This document shows, in pieces, positions 59,477 to 64,000 of a stretch of 64,000 bases of DNA. The notes below the pieces were generated by a model, which was not told the origin of the DNA, ran no database searches, and was given only the letters and a program-made list of their open reading frames with translations. Numbering within the stretch: the first letter of the stretch is position 1; every line of letters starts with the position of its first letter. Source of the stretch: Flaccisagitta enflata (taxonomy: Eukaryota); NCBI GenBank assembly GCA_965153355.1, contig OZ231126.1, positions 6,076,001 to 6,140,000 on the forward strand. The letters are read 5' to 3'. The position numbers and the translations under genes were made by a program.

Positions 59477-62400
59477 AAAGAAAGATTGGTTTAAGTGAAT
59501 TTGTTGCTTTAGATTATTGATTCTTTAATTTTCTAGTCCCTTACTTATACTAATCCCTAAAAAAACAGATCATGAGTTTTGTCCTTTAAATAGATATACA
59601 TTTGTTGTCATAATATTCTGAAATGTTGCATTGTATTTTATGATTTTTATTGCTCTGAGGTATTTGATATTTATAAGTCGCGTGCACGCGACTCTACAAC
59701 CCACGTTGGTTGGTCGGTCGGTTGGTCACATTTTACTTTTTTTTATGATTAAATTTTTTGCTCCTGCCAAAATGGTCTGGTGACCTCAAATATGGCCCCT
59801 GCCCACCTGTACGCGACTTCGATAGCCATGTATCCGGCCTTGTTTTTAGGTAAAAAGTGATGATACAGGGTGTTTCACACCAAATTAGATATAAGAAAAC
59901 AACGCCATTTTGCTTCTAAAAATACAAAAATAGTTCTGGAAAAAAATTTAAAAAGCACTTAAGCTCCGATTTTTTGTGTAAAAATTTCATGGGTTTGGGA
60001 TAAATATCTTGGCCAACAACATCAATTTGAAGTAAAATGAGCATTTAAAGGAGAAGCTCTTTTAACATAATTTTGATTTTGAAAATTTTTCTTTGAAGTG
60101 CTTTCCTTTTTAAACGGCTTGAGCCACAATTAGACTAGTCTCAAATTCGAAAATTTGAAAAGCTTTAATTTGAGACCAATCTGGCATTTGTATCTCAAGC
60201 CGTTTAGAAATGAGAGCATTTTGAAGAAAAACTTTTAAAAGCAAAATTATGTTAAAAGAGCGTCTCCTCTTAATGCTCCTTTTATTTCAAATTGATGTTG
60301 AGATCGGAAGTCATTATGCTGTCATTATTCTGTCGTTACGTCTTGCCTATGAATGATTCATTACCTAACGTTCATTCTCTTATCATTCATCAGTTGTTCA
60401 GCAGTGGCATGCGCGTCTAGTATAGCATTATCTTCTCATATAATTCGCGTGGCAGCTTCTCCTCTCATATATCTCTACACTGTATTCTTTGCCGTTTGCG
60501 TCGTACCTCAATACAACGTCATCATCAACCCCTATATGTCATTTCAGCCTTCTTTCTCTCTTCCAAGATCCAGATGATACTTCTGTACATAGACTCCATC
60601 GATTACCCATTGACCAGGGGAAATCCCTACATCTTATCAGGTACGCCCCCAATAGCTGGTGCTTCGTCCGTTCTCTAACACACACCGTGTTAGGGAAGAT
60701 CCCCGTCCGTCATTTGTCCGGGGGACCTCCCCATCTAACTTCGTTTTCTATTTCTACTTTTGTTTTCTACCTCTTCGCTTCTACTTCCCGATTATTGCTG
60801 AATGGTTCGCTTATGATCGGCTGCGGACGCTTAGCACTCCTCAGTGATACCCGCCATCGCCAGAATTCGCTTTTTACCGGGATATGAATCCATGAGAGGA
60901 TCCCAATATAGATTATGGTGTCTTCGGGTGGCCGGTGCTTTGGAGCCCTTACGACGTTGCGGGCCCTTAAGATCATTCGTCCCTCTAGGTGCTAATTGTC
61001 GACTTTCTCCATAGATCTGCATTGAACACTTTGCTTATGGTCGTCCATGCATGCGCAAGAAAGCCATTACTAACCCTCCATCGCCGGACATGTCCGTCAC
61101 TTCTACACGCACCCCCTGGGTGGATAGGTGTTTTGGGACTACTATGCGTAAGAAGACCCCGTGACCATTCAATTTACTAGGTGTAGATCAGCTTCCGAGT
61201 GTTCTTGGGGAAACTTTCTGTCTGTGGCAATAGAACACTCAATTTCTCCTCCGACATTCTGCGTTACTCGGAGGGCAAATCCAACCTTTGGCGCCTTCTC
61301 CTCCATACCTCACTTGAGTTCTGTTGGCACTCTTGCGGCCCTGCCCCAGAGCAGTTACGAGATCTGCCAAGTCCGGATGTGGCGGGGCGTGTCCATCAGT
61401 TCTCCTTTGCTTCGTTGCTAATTCTCTACTCCATCACCGCATAATCTTCCGTCTCCGTCTCCTTCGCTTCTGCTCCATCACTACTGTGCATCCGATCAAA
61501 AACAAAACTTCCCTTTTATCTGTAAAATTACTTTAAATACTGTATATGTTAGTCTAGACGCGTGTGCCACATAAACGGGAGGAAATTGTTTGAATGACTC
61601 TATTTAGCTTCGTATTGAAATCTGTATTTTAAACATAAAAAAAAACTTGATATAAATCTTGAATCACTAACTTTAATCAAAAATCCGATCCTCTTACCAA
61701 ACATCTTTATTGGAAAAATAGAAGCATTTCTCTCTACATGTATCCTGTCAACAATCCTGCTATGGCAACGGTGCCATTTCACCCATCAGTGCCGACAATG
61801 TTAACCCCATGTAGTGGGAGTGGATTTTATTATCAAGGACAGCACAATTACAGATATCTTCAAATGCTGCAAAATCCTACCGCGACTGTGCCATTTCTCC
61901 CGACTGTACCATTTCTACCATTTGACGCATCAATGTTAACCCCATGGACTGGCAGTATCGACCCTGCTAGTAGCACGAGTGGAGTGCCACCTTTGGTTAA
62001 CATGCCTCCCAATCTTCCATGGCCTGTGGGCCCGCTATCCCCCACCATTTGGCCACCTTATGGATTATCGCCGCCTTGTCTTCCTTTTGGATATTTTCCT
62101 CAACCATCGTCAGATTCACATCTACCTCAACCTCCTATGCTCTGTGTGGATCCCGACCGACCGACGGACACAGCCAGTTATAGAGGTGCTTTGTCGCACC
62201 TAAAAACGACAAGAAATGTGCGCAGTAACTAGTTTTGGGAATGAGTAGCTGATCCACGGATTATTACCTGCTTGAATGCTGGTGGCAATGTGCAATTCAC
62301 GCATCGCCTGATTTTTAGTCGCGGACACGCGACTCTACACCATGCCGTGTTGGTCGGTACGTACAAAAGTCACATTTTTGAATTGCGAGCAGTTTTTGCA

Positions 62401-62741
62401 TTACTGCTCCTGCCCATCCGTCCGCGACAGGATTGCCGTGTATCCAGCCTCGTTCTTTCAATATGCAGGTTTATATGACAAAGGCAGAATATTGATTTTC
62501 ACGCTAGGATAAAATTGTTATATAAAGAGAAGAAAAAACTAGTTGTTTGTTTGGTGTGTATAATTGTTTCCACATGTTTGCTTTTTGTTTTTTTGTGTTT
62601 TTTTTTTGGTACTTAATTTCATTGGATTTTTTCATCAATTAGAGAAAATTCACATTGCTCAAACATAATCGGATTCAGTAAGAAATAACGTCGAAGGGTG
62701 GATAAATTCATTATATAACTCAAAAAGAGATTAAAATGGCT

Positions 62742-63262
62742 TCAAGGACGCTTTACAACTTGAAAATGCCTCATTCTAGGAATGTTTGCAATAAAAATGG
62801 ATTCCTCGTCGTCAGAAAAAGGAATACCGGCGTAAGGGTACCGTTCATATCTCCATACTCTTGGAGAAATTTCCGCACAAACATAAATGGGCGTTTTTAG
62901 AATCCGCGCGAAAGCATTTATTTCTTTGTCCCGCATCCACACGCCATTCACGGACATTTGATTGACTTCCTCCTCATCTTCGCCCGCTTCTCTTTGAAAA
63001 TCAGTGACAAGTTTTCGTAACTCTTTATCGTGATTTTGACGTCCAGTGATCGCAACGGAGAGTGCATGAGCCAAGCAATTGCCGTCTTCGTCGACGTTGA
63101 TTAGAACTTGAGGCTTTCGTTGTGGAAGTGGCATTGTTCTGGCTCCTGACCAAACTGATCGTTTTGGAGACGCAAATCCAAGGCTTTCAGCAGTGCGTCG
63201 TTGCCATTCCGCACTCACAGGGCGAAAAAATCGTACTGGTCCCTTCACCGTTTCTTTAAAAA

Positions 63263-63301
<39 letters not shown>

Positions 63302-63311
63302 CCGAGTCAAA

Positions 63312-63386
<75 letters not shown>

Positions 63387-63489
63387 ACCAGATCCTGTAC
63401 ATATCACGGAGTCATCCTTGGTTTCTACATTGCCCGACGGACATGGTTGTTGTGTTGGACTCATATTAGACCCAGCGTGCCCATGCGAC

Positions 63490-63530
<41 letters not shown>

Positions 63531-63702
63531 TTTGTGAGTATAGATAATTTCAGCTCCTCCTGCAACGCTGCCCCTGTCCAACCACGGCTTGCTTAGGCCC
63601 TTTCAATCAACCTGTTTGATTTTTCCACAAGACTGCAAAGGTTGTGAGATGGTCTTCAGCTTTTCCAATTTGATCGGTTTCTTTGAACGTGGGGACAGGT
63701 TC
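62742..63702 (-). CDS. OTU-like cysteine protease gene, 3' exons (~63702-63613, 63488-63389, 63253-62742)
   Basis: DGNCLAHALS, W-x-x-x-x-EI-x-AFA and terminal HF motifs of OTU domains; phase-compatible GT-AG introns. Confidence 0.8.
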
Positions 63703-63834
63703 TAAAAATGGAAGGAATTGCAGGATGAAAAGTATCTTATACAGATTCCCAGTTACCTCGATTCTGAGTGCTTTGTGCGGTTATACGTTTGACCATGTGT
63801 GTGTGCGTGCGCGTGTTTGTGTTGCGTGTTTGTG

Positions 63835-63933
<99 letters not shown>

Positions 63934-64000
63934 TATGTGTATGAATCTGTATGCGGTTCCGTGAAAAAAGGATCATGACACATTGGACCTGAAAAAGAAC

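Noticed and set aside
60350-61540. GC-richer segment that may be decayed coding sequence
   Set aside because: Frames are short or broken and no motif is recognisable; a translated search is needed.
61738-62232. Pro-rich 164-aa ORF
   Set aside because: Low complexity with an internal duplication, no domain and no splice support; left uncalled.

Overview
Repeat-rich animal (invertebrate-type) genomic DNA with one 33-N gap at 3535-3567. The left half holds a tightly packed, all-plus-strand run of spliced genes: an orphan terminal exon of a TLDc protein, BUD23 exons 1-4, the 3' PIN-domain part of SMG5, an F-box/LRR-like gene, TRIAP1, and a myristoylation-type TLDc gene starting only 69 bp after the TRIAP1 stop. 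This arrangement looks like an operon or bicistronic unit. The missing last exon of the TLDc gene matches the exon 24 kb upstream, and BUD23(5') abuts SMG5(3') in compatible phase, which points to a tandem-duplication junction or a mis-assembly. The right half is nested mobile DNA. It includes a hAT-like element with a 7-bp TSD carrying two large insertions (one with its own nested MITE), and a 20.7-kb apparently non-coding element with split direct repeats and an 11-6-11 recombination-site-like palindrome (Ngaro/PAT-like tyrosine-recombinase type). Inside the latter is a young BEL/Pao LTR retrotransposon with TG...TA termini, a single in-frame UGA between gag and pol, and an extra ORF. GIY-YIG and OTU fragments lie near the end. 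All calls were made by eye; no searches were run.
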